DNA of 64,000 nt from Nitrospirota bacterium (GTDB taxonomy: Bacteria; Nitrospirota; Nitrospiria; Nitrospirales; Nitrospiraceae), in NCBI GenBank assembly GCA_034440335.1, contig JAWXBV010000194.1:4980-68979 (forward strand). Direction: 5' to 3'. Numbering within the stretch: the stretch's first letter is position 1; every line of letters begins with the position of its first letter. A model generated the notes under the pieces. The model made no database searches and was not told the DNA's origin. It saw only the letters and a program-made list of their open reading frames with translations. This document shows, in pieces, positions 47,009 to 54,923 of this stretch. Position numbers and translations under genes: made by a program.

Positions 47009-47296
47009 ATGAGTATTAGAAACGCCGGCGGGGACTGGGAGCCGATGCTGTTGGGGATTGAGCCTCGGAACTGCATGGTCTGCAAGGAAACGCTCTACCG
47101 CAATAAGACGTTTCTCAGCGGCGGCTGGTCTCGTTGCGCCTTGTGCGAGGAGTTTGTCCATTACAGCTGCTTGGCCAACGGCAAAGTCTCGTTTCTGAAA
47201 GCCCGCCCTCGTGTGTGTAAGACCTGCCGTACGGCCCAAGAGGGCGGTCCTATATCTCCGCCGAAAGCCCCGGTTCCGGTGGCCGTCGGGTCGTGA
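47009..47296 (+). CDS. Small protein with PHD-type C4HC3 zinc-finger spacing
   Basis: C22-x2-C25-x17-C43-x2-C46-x4-H51-x2-C54-x15-C70-x2-C73. GC-rich third codon positions. Its stop overlaps the GTG of the next gene. Confidence 0.55.
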   Translation: MSIRNAGGDWEPMLLGIEPRNCMVCKETLYRNKTFLSGGWSRCALCEEFVHYSCLANGKVSFLKARPRVCKTCRTAQEGGPISPPKAPVPVAVGS

Positions 47297-47631
47297 GTCT
47301 TCACACACAATCAAGCCCCGTAGAAGCCCGTCCGGGCTGGCGGCTTACCATTTTTTCCGACTCAGTCCGATTCATTCTGGCGCCGCTCATGCTCCTTCTC
47401 AGTGGATTTTTCACAGCGAACTTTCTCATCAGCGGTTCCTATACCTGGCCACGGACGAGTCAGACGGTGGCGCTGACGCTTACGGTATTGATCCTCTCCC
47501 ATGAATTCGTCTACAAGGAGCAACGGTCGCGTCATATCGCGCCGAATCGTGCGTGGTCGGCTGTGCTCTATTCCTGCGTGCTCCCTTACCTAATGGGCAT
47601 ATTGGTGATGGTGGCTCTGTGGGCGCTCTAA
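47293..47631 (+). CDS. Hypothetical membrane protein (3 predicted TM segments)
   Basis: GTGA overlap with the upstream zinc-finger ORF. Hydrophobic stretches FILAPLMLLLSGFFTANFLI, VALTLTVLILSHEFV and AVLYSCVLPYLMGILVMVALWAL. Confidence 0.55.
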   Translation: MSLHTQSSPVEARPGWRLTIFSDSVRFILAPLMLLLSGFFTANFLISGSYTWPRTSQTVALTLTVLILSHEFVYKEQRSRHIAPNRAWSAVLYSCVLPYLMGILVMVALWAL

Positions 47632-47635
47632 GAAG

Positions 47636-47736
47636 ATCGTTGTCTGGTTTGTTTCGTCTGTCTGGTTTGTTTGGCTGAACGAAACTAACCAGATGAACCA
47701 AATCAACCAAACAAACCAAATGAACTAGACCAACCA
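47636..47736. repeat. Word-built inverted/direct repeat (GGTTTGTT / AACAAACC)
   Basis: gtctggtttgtttcgtctgtctggtttgtttgg ... ccaaacaaaccaaatgaactagaccaacc. Confidence 0.5.
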
Positions 47737-47754
47737 CCACGATGAGGACAATCA

Positions 47755-48123
47755 ATGGCGGAAATTATCCGTAGCGGAGCCTTTCTCCAACAATGTTGGT
47801 CGGTGCATCCGCTCTGTCTGACGGTCAAACGCGTCGAGCCGGAGCGTATCGTGGTGCTGACGTGCCGTTCCTGCCGCATGGTGCATCGGGTGACCACCGG
47901 CACGATCACCAGATACGTATCGACGGGGGATTCCTCCTTACCTGAACCGGATCCTGCGCAGCCGGATGGGCTCGTAGCGCTCAGGACCTGTATGGGCGCC
48001 CATGCTCCCGACCTGTCGGTTCGGGAGATGGATGTATTTCAAGATGCGGTGTGGGTCCGCTGTGCGAAATGTCGGGCGCAATACGACCTGACGGTCTCCC
48101 AGTTCGAAACACATCAGAAATAG
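47755..48123 (+). CDS. Hypothetical protein with two internally duplicated CHCC zinc-ribbon-like modules
   Basis: C14-x3-H18-x18-C37-x2-C40 and C79-x3-H83-x19-C103-x2-C106, with similar flanking residues in both halves. Confidence 0.5.
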   Translation: MAEIIRSGAFLQQCWSVHPLCLTVKRVEPERIVVLTCRSCRMVHRVTTGTITRYVSTGDSSLPEPDPAQPDGLVALRTCMGAHAPDLSVREMDVFQDAVWVRCAKCRAQYDLTVSQFETHQK

Positions 48124-48232
48124 CCGGCGCGCCCCACTGAGAATACTCAAGGCCGTCCAGCGCGGCCGCAGCGAGCGAAGAGGCGAGGCCTACGCTGCTG
48201 ACGGACTTATCCAGCATCCTGCTAGCCGATTG

Positions 48233-48853
48233 ATGACCATGCCATCACAGTTTACTGACGAAGAAGCGGCCTTGATGGCCGATCCCCATTTCTTTCTGGC
48301 CAAGGCGCAGATCATGGACAAGGTGCGCCGCTTGCTTACAGCCACGCATGTCTCATTGAAAGAGGAGGTTGAGTCGGCCGTTCTCGCAACCCCGCCGGAC
48401 TTCAATCCCGCTCACTATCATTTTGTGAAGGGGGAGCATCTCGAATTCTTTCCGTACCAATACCTGGACTTTCCGAAACACTTTCACAACTCGAACGCCT
48501 TTACCTTTCGGACGCTCTTCTGGTGGGGGCACCACGTCGTGTGCGCCTTGATCTTGGAGGGGGAAGGAATCAAGCAGCACAAAGCACGGATCGTGGACCG
48601 GTTTCATCAGCTCGCCGGACAGGGGCTGGAACTCTCGTTGGCGCCGACGTTGTGGGAATGGAAGCGTGGTGAGGGGTATACCTTGCCGATCACCCATGAT
48701 CGCAAGGCACAGATCGCCGCCGTGTTGGCCGAACGGTCTTTCGTGAAGATTGTCCGGTTCCTGCCGTTTTCAGACCCACAAATTCAGTCTGCTCACATAC
48801 CGGAATTCAGCCGCGAGACCTTTCGGGCTATTCTCCCGATCGTCACACGCTAG
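48233..48853 (+). CDS. Hypothetical protein (about 206 aa)
   Basis: Long ORF with coding-like composition and no motif I recognise. The TAG stop is the first 3 nt of a family A repeat. Confidence 0.6.
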   Translation: MTMPSQFTDEEAALMADPHFFLAKAQIMDKVRRLLTATHVSLKEEVESAVLATPPDFNPAHYHFVKGEHLEFFPYQYLDFPKHFHNSNAFTFRTLFWWGHHVVCALILEGEGIKQHKARIVDRFHQLAGQGLELSLAPTLWEWKRGEGYTLPITHDRKAQIAAVLAERSFVKIVRFLPFSDPQIQSAHIPEFSRETFRAILPIVTR

Positions 48854-49000
48854 CCCGCATGATTCATGACGGTTCGCCGCCCTTCGACAAAGCTCAGGGT
48901 CCCGAGCACAGTCGAGGGACGAAATCGCTGAACCGCGTCGAGAGGCCTGTACGCGGAGCCATGAGACCCGGCGGCGTAGTCTCTGTGCTACGGGGGCTGC
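48851..49000. repeat. Repeat family A, truncated copy with one terminal repeat only
   Basis: tagcccgcatgattcatgacggttcgccgcccttcgacaaagctcagggtcccgagcacagtcgagggacgaaatcgctga... Confidence 0.6.
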
Positions 49001-49129
49001 GTTCACGGTGGAACGCAACTGGCGGGCTTTTCGAGCATCCGACCGCTCGGCATTTGTCTCTGATCAGGAACTTGGGTACACTGAGCCAGCGTCGACGGTG
49101 GGGCGGTCAATTGCAGGGAGGATGACATC

Positions 49130-49786
49130 GTGAAACAGGTGAGAGAGCGACTTGGCATCAGTCTCGTACTTATGGCCTGTCTGCTGATAGGGACAGGGTG
49201 CCGAGGCACCGGAGCAACAGTCTATATGGATCTTCAGCAGAAACATGCGGCGGCGCAATTCACAGAACCGGAGCCAGTCAGGATCGTCATTGAGCCTTTC
49301 GAGGATCGTCGATCGGAGAAGGGTCGGCTCGGTCTGCGAACCCATCTATGGGGCGGGGTGACCTACTTCGATGTGGTAGGGGGGCGACCAGGAGACGTGA
49401 TGGCCCAGGCTCTCGCGGATCGTCTGAAAACACGAGGATGGAAGGATCGGGCCTGGGATGTGCGGGTGGTTTCCAGTGGAACCGTGACGAACCAGGACGA
49501 TGCGGATATTATCATCAGCGGGCAGTTACACGATTTTTCCGCCAACGCCAAGAGTCGGCTCTTCTCAACGGTGGTGACCACAAGCAGCAAACTGGTGATC
49601 GACGCAAAAAACATCGGCGACCAAAGCTCGACGACCAAAAGTATCGAGAGCGCGCAACGTGAAACCCTGTTCTGGCTCAGCCAAGACGATGTGCAACAGC
49701 TACTGGCGATAACCCTGAAGGACGGTATCGATCGATACCTAGCCGATACGACGATCGACCGCAAGACGTTGAAACCGATACGTTGA
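49130..49786 (+). CDS. Hypothetical lipoprotein
   Basis: GTG start 9 nt after GGGAGG. Lipobox LLIGTGC. Confidence 0.7.
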   Translation: MKQVRERLGISLVLMACLLIGTGCRGTGATVYMDLQQKHAAAQFTEPEPVRIVIEPFEDRRSEKGRLGLRTHLWGGVTYFDVVGGRPGDVMAQALADRLKTRGWKDRAWDVRVVSSGTVTNQDDADIIISGQLHDFSANAKSRLFSTVVTTSSKLVIDAKNIGDQSSTTKSIESAQRETLFWLSQDDVQQLLAITLKDGIDRYLADTTIDRKTLKPIR

Positions 49787-49812
49787 TAGACCGAGGGAAG
49801 AGATGACCCACC

Positions 49813-50874
49813 GTGCGTGAACGTCGTTGGGAGACGACCTATCCGCTGACCTTCGATCAAGTGCTCGCCGTAGGCAGACAGCTGGCTTCGTTGGGATTGA
49901 AGCCGGCGGTGCCTACGAGGGATGTCATTTGTTACGTTGAAGAGTGGACGGTCGACGCTCCTCAAGATTTCGACCAGCTGGACGCATGGTCCACGGAGGA
50001 TATGACCCTGATCCATGTTCGAGAGGGATGGCGGGGCGATTTCTTTCTCCTGGCCGGGGCCTACCACACCGTCTATCGACAACATCAGGATGTCGGGACC
50101 TACTGCTCCGTCAGCCATCCCTGGCGCCTTCGCGAAGCGCTGCAGCTGCATGAGCAACGCCACATGTTGTGGATCGGGTTTCGGCACGCCCATTCGTTTA
50201 TCCGCGTCCGCCTGCAGACCCAGGAAGTCGTCACCCCGGGCGAAACGCGCGGAGACCGTGAACGAATGCGCTGGTTGGATGAGCGGCGCGCCGCCTTCCT
50301 TGAAGCCATCGCCATACTAGAACTGCCGATTGAGACCCATGTCGAGAAGGGCGCGGTCGTGCTGCAGCCGTCCGATCCCACTATCCCGTTCTTCTGCTCT
50401 TGGCCCGACGCATTCGGTCCCTGCCAGTTTGAATACAACATCTCCGACGCGTTTCAGTTCTTAGTGCCGGCCAGCAAGCTCGCCGCGACGTTCGCGCCGG
50501 AACCGGCCGGGGTTCGATCCTACCTGACGGGATTTTCAGAGGAGGCCTTGACCGAGTTCCAAACGATTGAACCGAGGTCTCGTATCGCGTATCGCTGCTC
50601 GGTCCATTGCCGCCTCGACGATCTGCCGGAAGTACTGAACACGATTCAGCCGGACGGTCGTCTCTACGCCACGTTGTGCGAGTTTCAGACGCAGGTTCTG
50701 TTGCCGAACGCCGACGATGCCTCCGCCATCATCGGCGTTGTCGGATTGAATGGACAGTTCCAGATTGAGGCTCGCCTGAACCGGTCACCACTCAACGATG
50801 ACGCCATGGTTGAGTGGTTGGAACGGCTGATCGGACATCCCGTGATCTATGCACCCCTCCCCGCCTTCGTCTAG
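49813..50874 (+). CDS. Hypothetical protein (353 aa)
   Basis: Long ORF with a GTG start and no recognisable motif. The TAG stop is the first 3 nt of a family A repeat. Confidence 0.6.
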   Translation: MRERRWETTYPLTFDQVLAVGRQLASLGLKPAVPTRDVICYVEEWTVDAPQDFDQLDAWSTEDMTLIHVREGWRGDFFLLAGAYHTVYRQHQDVGTYCSVSHPWRLREALQLHEQRHMLWIGFRHAHSFIRVRLQTQEVVTPGETRGDRERMRWLDERRAAFLEAIAILELPIETHVEKGAVVLQPSDPTIPFFCSWPDAFGPCQFEYNISDAFQFLVPASKLAATFAPEPAGVRSYLTGFSEEALTEFQTIEPRSRIAYRCSVHCRLDDLPEVLNTIQPDGRLYATLCEFQTQVLLPNADDASAIIGVVGLNGQFQIEARLNRSPLNDDAMVEWLERLIGHPVIYAPLPAFV

Positions 50875-50950
50875 CCCGCATGATTCATGACGATTCGTCG
50901 CCCTTCGACAAAGCTCAGGGTCCCGAGCACAGTCGAGGGACGACATCGCC
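50872..50950. repeat. Repeat family A, short truncated copy
   Basis: tagcccgcatgattcatgacgattcgtcgcccttcgacaaagctcagggtcccgagcacagtcgagggacgacatcgcc. Confidence 0.6.
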
Positions 50951-50964
50951 AGGAAAACGCGTTC

Positions 50965-51138
50965 CTCGTGAAGCGTCGTTCGTTTGGGAGTAGAGTTACT
51001 GGTTTCAAGTTTCAGGTTTCAAGTTGTCCGAAAACAACCTCCGAAAACGTGAAACTAGAAACTTGCAACTTGAAACCTTTGAATCAGATACGCTTCACGC
51101 TTCACGAACGACGTTTCACGCATCGAAGACGCTTCACG
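50965..51138. repeat. Nested word-built hairpins (outer CGTGAAGC words, inner GTTTCAAG words)
   Basis: Outer pair cgtgaagcgtcgttcg / cgaacgacgtttcacg (15/16). Inner pair ggtttcaagtttcaggtttcaagttg / gtgaaactagaaacttgcaacttgaaacc. Confidence 0.6.
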
Positions 51139-51181
51139 CCCAAGAGCAGCGAATCCGCGATTACAGTAGACGCGCTCATGA

Positions 51182-52366
51182 ATGAAGCCGGCTAGGCTCC
51201 ATTCCAAAATCCAAGTTTTGATTGAACAAACGCTGTCTATTTCGCACAGTAAGGCGGTGAACCCGTTCGCTAAGATTCAATCTGCCCTGGGCAAGCCCTT
51301 CATGCCGGCTCTGTTCTTTGCCTCAGGTGTGACCTACGACACCGTAACGCTCACCCGCATCGATCGTCTTCTCGATAATCTGATTCTCCTTCTCTACCTT
51401 ATTGCGCTCGGTTTTCTGATTGTCCTGACGGGCCGGCTCGGTGGAGCCAATGATGCAGGACCGCCGGCTGCACCCCACACTTCAGCTTGTACCAGGTTCT
51501 TGAGGAAGGCACGACCCTACTATCCGATGGCCATGCAATTTCTCCTAGGCGGACTGTTCAGCGCCTATGCGGTGTTCTATTCGCGGAGCGCCACACTCAC
51601 ACGCACCGGTGTGTTCCTGGGTGTCCTGGTGCTGTTGCTGGTCGCGAACGAATTCTTGCGTAGCCGGCTCTCGAATCTGCGCCTCCTTGTCGCGTTGTAC
51701 GCACTAGCCTGCTTCAGCTTCTTCACGTTTTTTCTACCCGTCATGATTGGAATGATTGGGACATGGATATTTCTATTGGGAGCCGTTCTGAGCGCAGGGG
51801 TGACGTTAGGCGTGATCCAGCTGATCTACCACCACAATCCCGACCGTTCGCGGGGGGAGGCGGTATTGGTCGGGGGGCCGGCGATCGCGCTCATCGGCAT
51901 TCTCATCGGATTCTATTTCATGAACTGGATTCCTCCCGTGCCGCTTTCGATGAAATTCGGCGGCATGTATCGAGAGGTGCAGAGGCAGGATGACCGGTTT
52001 GCGCTCAGTTTCGATCGTGAATGGCATCAAATCTGGAAGCGTTCGCAGAGTCCATTTCCAGCAGATGAGCCGATCTATTGCTTCACCGCTGTCTTCGCCC
52101 CGGTGGCGTTGAATACGACCGTCTACCACCATTGGTACTTCCGAACGAACAGCGAGAAGCCCTTCATCCATGCGGACAAGATTCCGATCAAGATTGCCGG
52201 TGGTCGTGAAGGCGGCTACCGTGCCTATTCCTTCAAGCAACGGCTCGATCCAGGCGACTGGCGTGTCGACGTCGAAACCGAAGACGGACGAGTGGTCGGA
52301 CAGGTGTCTGTGGTGGTGTCGGCACGGGAAGAAACAGGGGCCACGCCCAGAACGCTCCTCTACTAA
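51182..52366 (+). CDS. Polytopic membrane protein with a DUF2914-like C-terminal domain
   Basis: About 6 TM segments, then HHWYF...KIAGGREGGYRAYSFKQRLDPGDWRVDVETEDGRVVGQVSVVV. DUF2914 assignment is from memory of the family pattern. Confidence 0.65.
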   Translation: MKPARLHSKIQVLIEQTLSISHSKAVNPFAKIQSALGKPFMPALFFASGVTYDTVTLTRIDRLLDNLILLLYLIALGFLIVLTGRLGGANDAGPPAAPHTSACTRFLRKARPYYPMAMQFLLGGLFSAYAVFYSRSATLTRTGVFLGVLVLLLVANEFLRSRLSNLRLLVALYALACFSFFTFFLPVMIGMIGTWIFLLGAVLSAGVTLGVIQLIYHHNPDRSRGEAVLVGGPAIALIGILIGFYFMNWIPPVPLSMKFGGMYREVQRQDDRFALSFDREWHQIWKRSQSPFPADEPIYCFTAVFAPVALNTTVYHHWYFRTNSEKPFIHADKIPIKIAGGREGGYRAYSFKQRLDPGDWRVDVETEDGRVVGQVSVVVSAREETGATPRTLLY

Positions 52367-52370
52367 TCCA

Positions 52371-52790
52371 ATGAAACGGCTCAGCGGCTTCACGCTGCTC
52401 GAAGAACAAAAAGGCGAAGGGACGCCTGCGAGCAAAGGCGACCGCATCCTGTTTAATATGAGACTGTTCCTGAGCAAGGGTGATGAGGTCCTACTGAACG
52501 AGACGCACGCGAAGTATGTTCCGGCGGAGATGATACGAGTTGTCGATGGAGTGACATTGATCGAGCACACAATCGTACTGGGGCGCCGCGAGGCGATAGC
52601 CGGTGTCGAGCATGCCTTGCTGGGCATGAAAGTGGGCGGCTATCGGAACGTGCGCGTGAGCCCGCACCTCGCCTATCGCGACAAAGGCTTACCGGATCTC
52701 GTTCCTCCCAATGCGGTGTTGATTTGTGAGATCTGGTTGCGCGACATTGTGAGGGTCCTTCCGAGTAAAGCGTTGTCTGGTGTGATGTGA
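52371..52790 (+). CDS. FKBP-type peptidyl-prolyl cis-trans isomerase-like protein
   Basis: ...GVEHALLGMKVGGYRNVRVSPHLAYRDKGLPDLVPPNAVLICEIWL (FKBP C-terminal pattern). ATG at 52371. Confidence 0.7.
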   Translation: MKRLSGFTLLEEQKGEGTPASKGDRILFNMRLFLSKGDEVLLNETHAKYVPAEMIRVVDGVTLIEHTIVLGRREAIAGVEHALLGMKVGGYRNVRVSPHLAYRDKGLPDLVPPNAVLICEIWLRDIVRVLPSKALSGVM

Positions 52791-52983
52791 GCCCTCGCAC
52801 CTTAGGATCGTGTCCCTCCAGCCCTAGCTGCGTCTCGACCCAGGCCTAGGACGAGGACCATGCGATCGCACCGTTTTACTGACGGCTCTATACGCGGAGC
52901 GGATTGCAAGGGAGCAGCAAGTTCGCTAGACTTCCGCTATGGCTATAGGGATGCATCGTTAGTAGCAAGACGGAGAATAACCC

Positions 52984-53184
52984 ATGAGTGAGATTGAACA
53001 GCTTGAGAAAACGGTAGCAAATCTCTCTCCCAAGGATTTGGCTCAGTTTCGAGCCTGGTTCCTTGAGTTCGATGCGCGCGTGTGGGATGAACAAATCGAG
53101 ACGGATCTTAAGGCCGGAAAGTTGGATGCGATCATTGCGGAGGCGCGAACCGAGTCTGAACAGGGTAAAGCACGACCCCTGTGA
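52984..53184 (+). CDS. Type II antitoxin (partner of the RelE/ParE-like toxin)
   Basis: 66 aa, helical, ...FRAWFLEFDARVWDEQIETDLKAGKLDAIIAEA. GTGA overlap with the toxin gene. Confidence 0.65.
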   Translation: MSEIEQLEKTVANLSPKDLAQFRAWFLEFDARVWDEQIETDLKAGKLDAIIAEARTESEQGKARPL

Positions 53185-53438
53185 AGCATACGGCTTCGTC
53201 ACGATTTTGGACCGCCTATCAGGCCCTCCCCGAAGACATTCGCTCCCTGGCTGATAAGAACTTCACGCTTGTGAAATCCAATCCGCGGCATCCTTCTCTT
53301 CGCCTGAAGCACATCGGAGAGCTCTGGTCGGTACGGGTCGGCGATCACTATCGAGCGCTTGGTTTCGATGCCCAAGGTGGAATCAACTGGTTCTGGATTG
53401 GCACCCACGCTGACTATAACAAGATCATCGCTCAATGA
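53181..53438 (+). CDS. RelE/ParE-superfamily toxin-like protein
   Basis: 85 aa, ...LWSVRVGDHYRALGFDAQGGINWFWIGTHADYNK. Confidence 0.7.
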   Translation: MKHTASSRFWTAYQALPEDIRSLADKNFTLVKSNPRHPSLRLKHIGELWSVRVGDHYRALGFDAQGGINWFWIGTHADYNKIIAQ

Positions 53439-53809
53439 CTCGTCACGAGCCTTCCAAGCAACTTCCTCCCTGCCCCTCCAGCCCCAACTGCGTCTCAACA
53501 CAGGCCCAGGACGAGAGCCATTCGATTGCTCCCTTTCGCTATCGTACGTCTCGTGCTGAGGCGAAGGAGGCGCTCAAGGAAGTTATTCGTTCCTTGCCTC
53601 GCATGCAGCTTGTCGAGGAAGACGAGGCCTACCTCCACTATGAGTCCACCAGCCTGTTGTTTCGCTTCGTTGACGATATCGAATTGTTGTTCGATGATCA
53701 GGCCAAGATTATCCACTTCCGTTCTGCCTCACGCACCGGCTACGGCGATTTGGGCGTCAATCGCAAGCGCATGGAGCAGATACGTGCGCTCATTGAGCAA
53801 CGGCTGTAG
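53435..53809 (+). CDS. DUF1499 domain protein
   Basis: CPSSPNCVSTQ, FRFVDDIELLF, RSASRTGYGDLGVNRKRME. ATGA overlap with the toxin stop. Confidence 0.8.
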   Translation: MTRHEPSKQLPPCPSSPNCVSTQAQDESHSIAPFRYRTSRAEAKEALKEVIRSLPRMQLVEEDEAYLHYESTSLLFRFVDDIELLFDDQAKIIHFRSASRTGYGDLGVNRKRMEQIRALIEQRL

Positions 53810-53879
53810 CCCCATTCGCGATTTCATTTCGCATTGTGTCGCCTCATGCATATGATGGAGGAAGCTGGAGGCTGGAGCC

Positions 53880-54203
53880 ATGGGATTCAAGCGAAAAACG
53901 TCACGTGTCGAAGTGAGTCGGGCCGGCCGTTTGCAGAGAGGGGGTCTCTCGGCACCATGCACAGTGCTGAATGTCAGCGAGACCGGTGTCAGAATTGAGA
54001 GTCGCTTGTTCGTGAAGAGCGGCGATGCGCTCCAACTCGTGATCGAGCTTGAGCAAGGGAGAACGTTGAGCTGTGGGCTGCAAGTCGTCCACGTGCGTTC
54101 CCCTATGTTCGGTTCGAAAATCACTTCGATCAGTCCGGAAGACAGGGAACGACTCACCCATATCTTCGACGATCACCTGCAGACCAGTTACTCCCGCCGG
54201 TAG
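53880..54203 (+). CDS. Single-domain PilZ protein
   Basis: RKTSR (RxxxR) and NVSETG ([DN]xSxxG). Confidence 0.75.
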   Translation: MGFKRKTSRVEVSRAGRLQRGGLSAPCTVLNVSETGVRIESRLFVKSGDALQLVIELEQGRTLSCGLQVVHVRSPMFGSKITSISPEDRERLTHIFDDHLQTSYSRR

Positions 54204-54439
54204 CCGTTCTACGCGATCACAGATGGTAGGTCGAGTCTAGCCTCAGTGCCTTTCCTCCCTCCCCACCCCCTGGAAAAACCGTCCTCAAGAGCAGCCTAAC
54301 CCTGCCAGATACCCAAGGACCACGCGCCTGATTTTCCAGCCATAGACGGATCGAGGACGTAGCAGGCCGTTCAAAAATTCCTGACTTCTCACCCTCCCGC
54401 CCTGAGCCTGCCAAGACAGGCTTGTTGCCCAAGGACGCG

Positions 54440-54550
54440 CCGTTCCACGGGCAAGGCCGCAACGAGTGAATGGCCGAGGCATCTCCTTGGGTTACGGTGA
54501 GAGCCTAAACGATGCGAGCACGACGTTGGCGGATTATTCCAACAGCCTAT
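54440..54550. repeat. Repeat family B, degenerate copy
   Basis: Core caaggccgcaacgagtgaatggccgaggcatctccttgggttacggtgagagcctaaacgatgcgagcacg. Confidence 0.4.
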
Positions 54551-54747
54551 CAGTGTGCGGGGCTGGGTGGTTTTGGGCCAAGCCTGGTGGTGTGCTGGAA
54601 GACGCACTTTGGGCAGGTGTAATGGACGAACTGCATCCCGCCGACAAGGCGCTTTTTCATCGATACCCGGCACCAGGTGCAGAGGCGATCAGGGAGGTCG
54701 CCCGATTGAGGGTTCGGAATCGGGATAGATGGAGCGACATCGGCCAT
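54550..54747 (-). CDS. Possible small zinc-ribbon protein (about 65 aa)
   Basis: CTWC...x17...CPKC. GGAGAG lies 9 nt upstream of the ATG at 54747. It is short and overlaps a repeat edge, so the call is tentative. Confidence 0.3.
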   Translation of the reverse strand: MADVAPSIPIPNPQSGDLPDRLCTWCRVSMKKRLVGGMQFVHYTCPKCVFQHTTRLGPKPPSPAH

Positions 54748-54923
54748 GGGGGCATTCTCTCCGACCGCGGAGAACCTTGTCAATCGATCGAATGCCGCCG
54801 AATCTCCCTGCGTGAAAAAAAGTTTCATTGCCCCCTCGCATATGAAAAATTTCGTGGTATAGTCCGAACCAGTAGTCCATCGTCGGAGTTTTTCACCCTC
54901 TTACAGAAAGGTGTCTAACCGCT

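Noticed and set aside
46715-47314. A 199-aa minus-strand ORF spanning the family A repeat and the PHD-like ORF
   Set aside because: Its sequence is Arg-rich and low-complexity and it runs straight through a palindromic repeat, which reads open on both strands. The plus-strand ORFs have better codon structure and translational coupling.
53396-53412. TGGCAC motifs as possible sigma-54 promoters for the PilR-like regulator (also at 3288, 45857 and 46186)
   Set aside because: None is followed by TTGC at the required N5 spacing, and the one here lies inside the toxin coding sequence.
54466-54918. A 150-aa plus-strand ORF upstream of the AdoMetDC-like gene
   Set aside because: It begins inside the family B repeat (the ..GESLNDASTTLADYSNS string is the recurrent repeat-derived peptide) and has no motifs. 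The small minus-strand zinc-ribbon ORF is kept only as a low-confidence feature.
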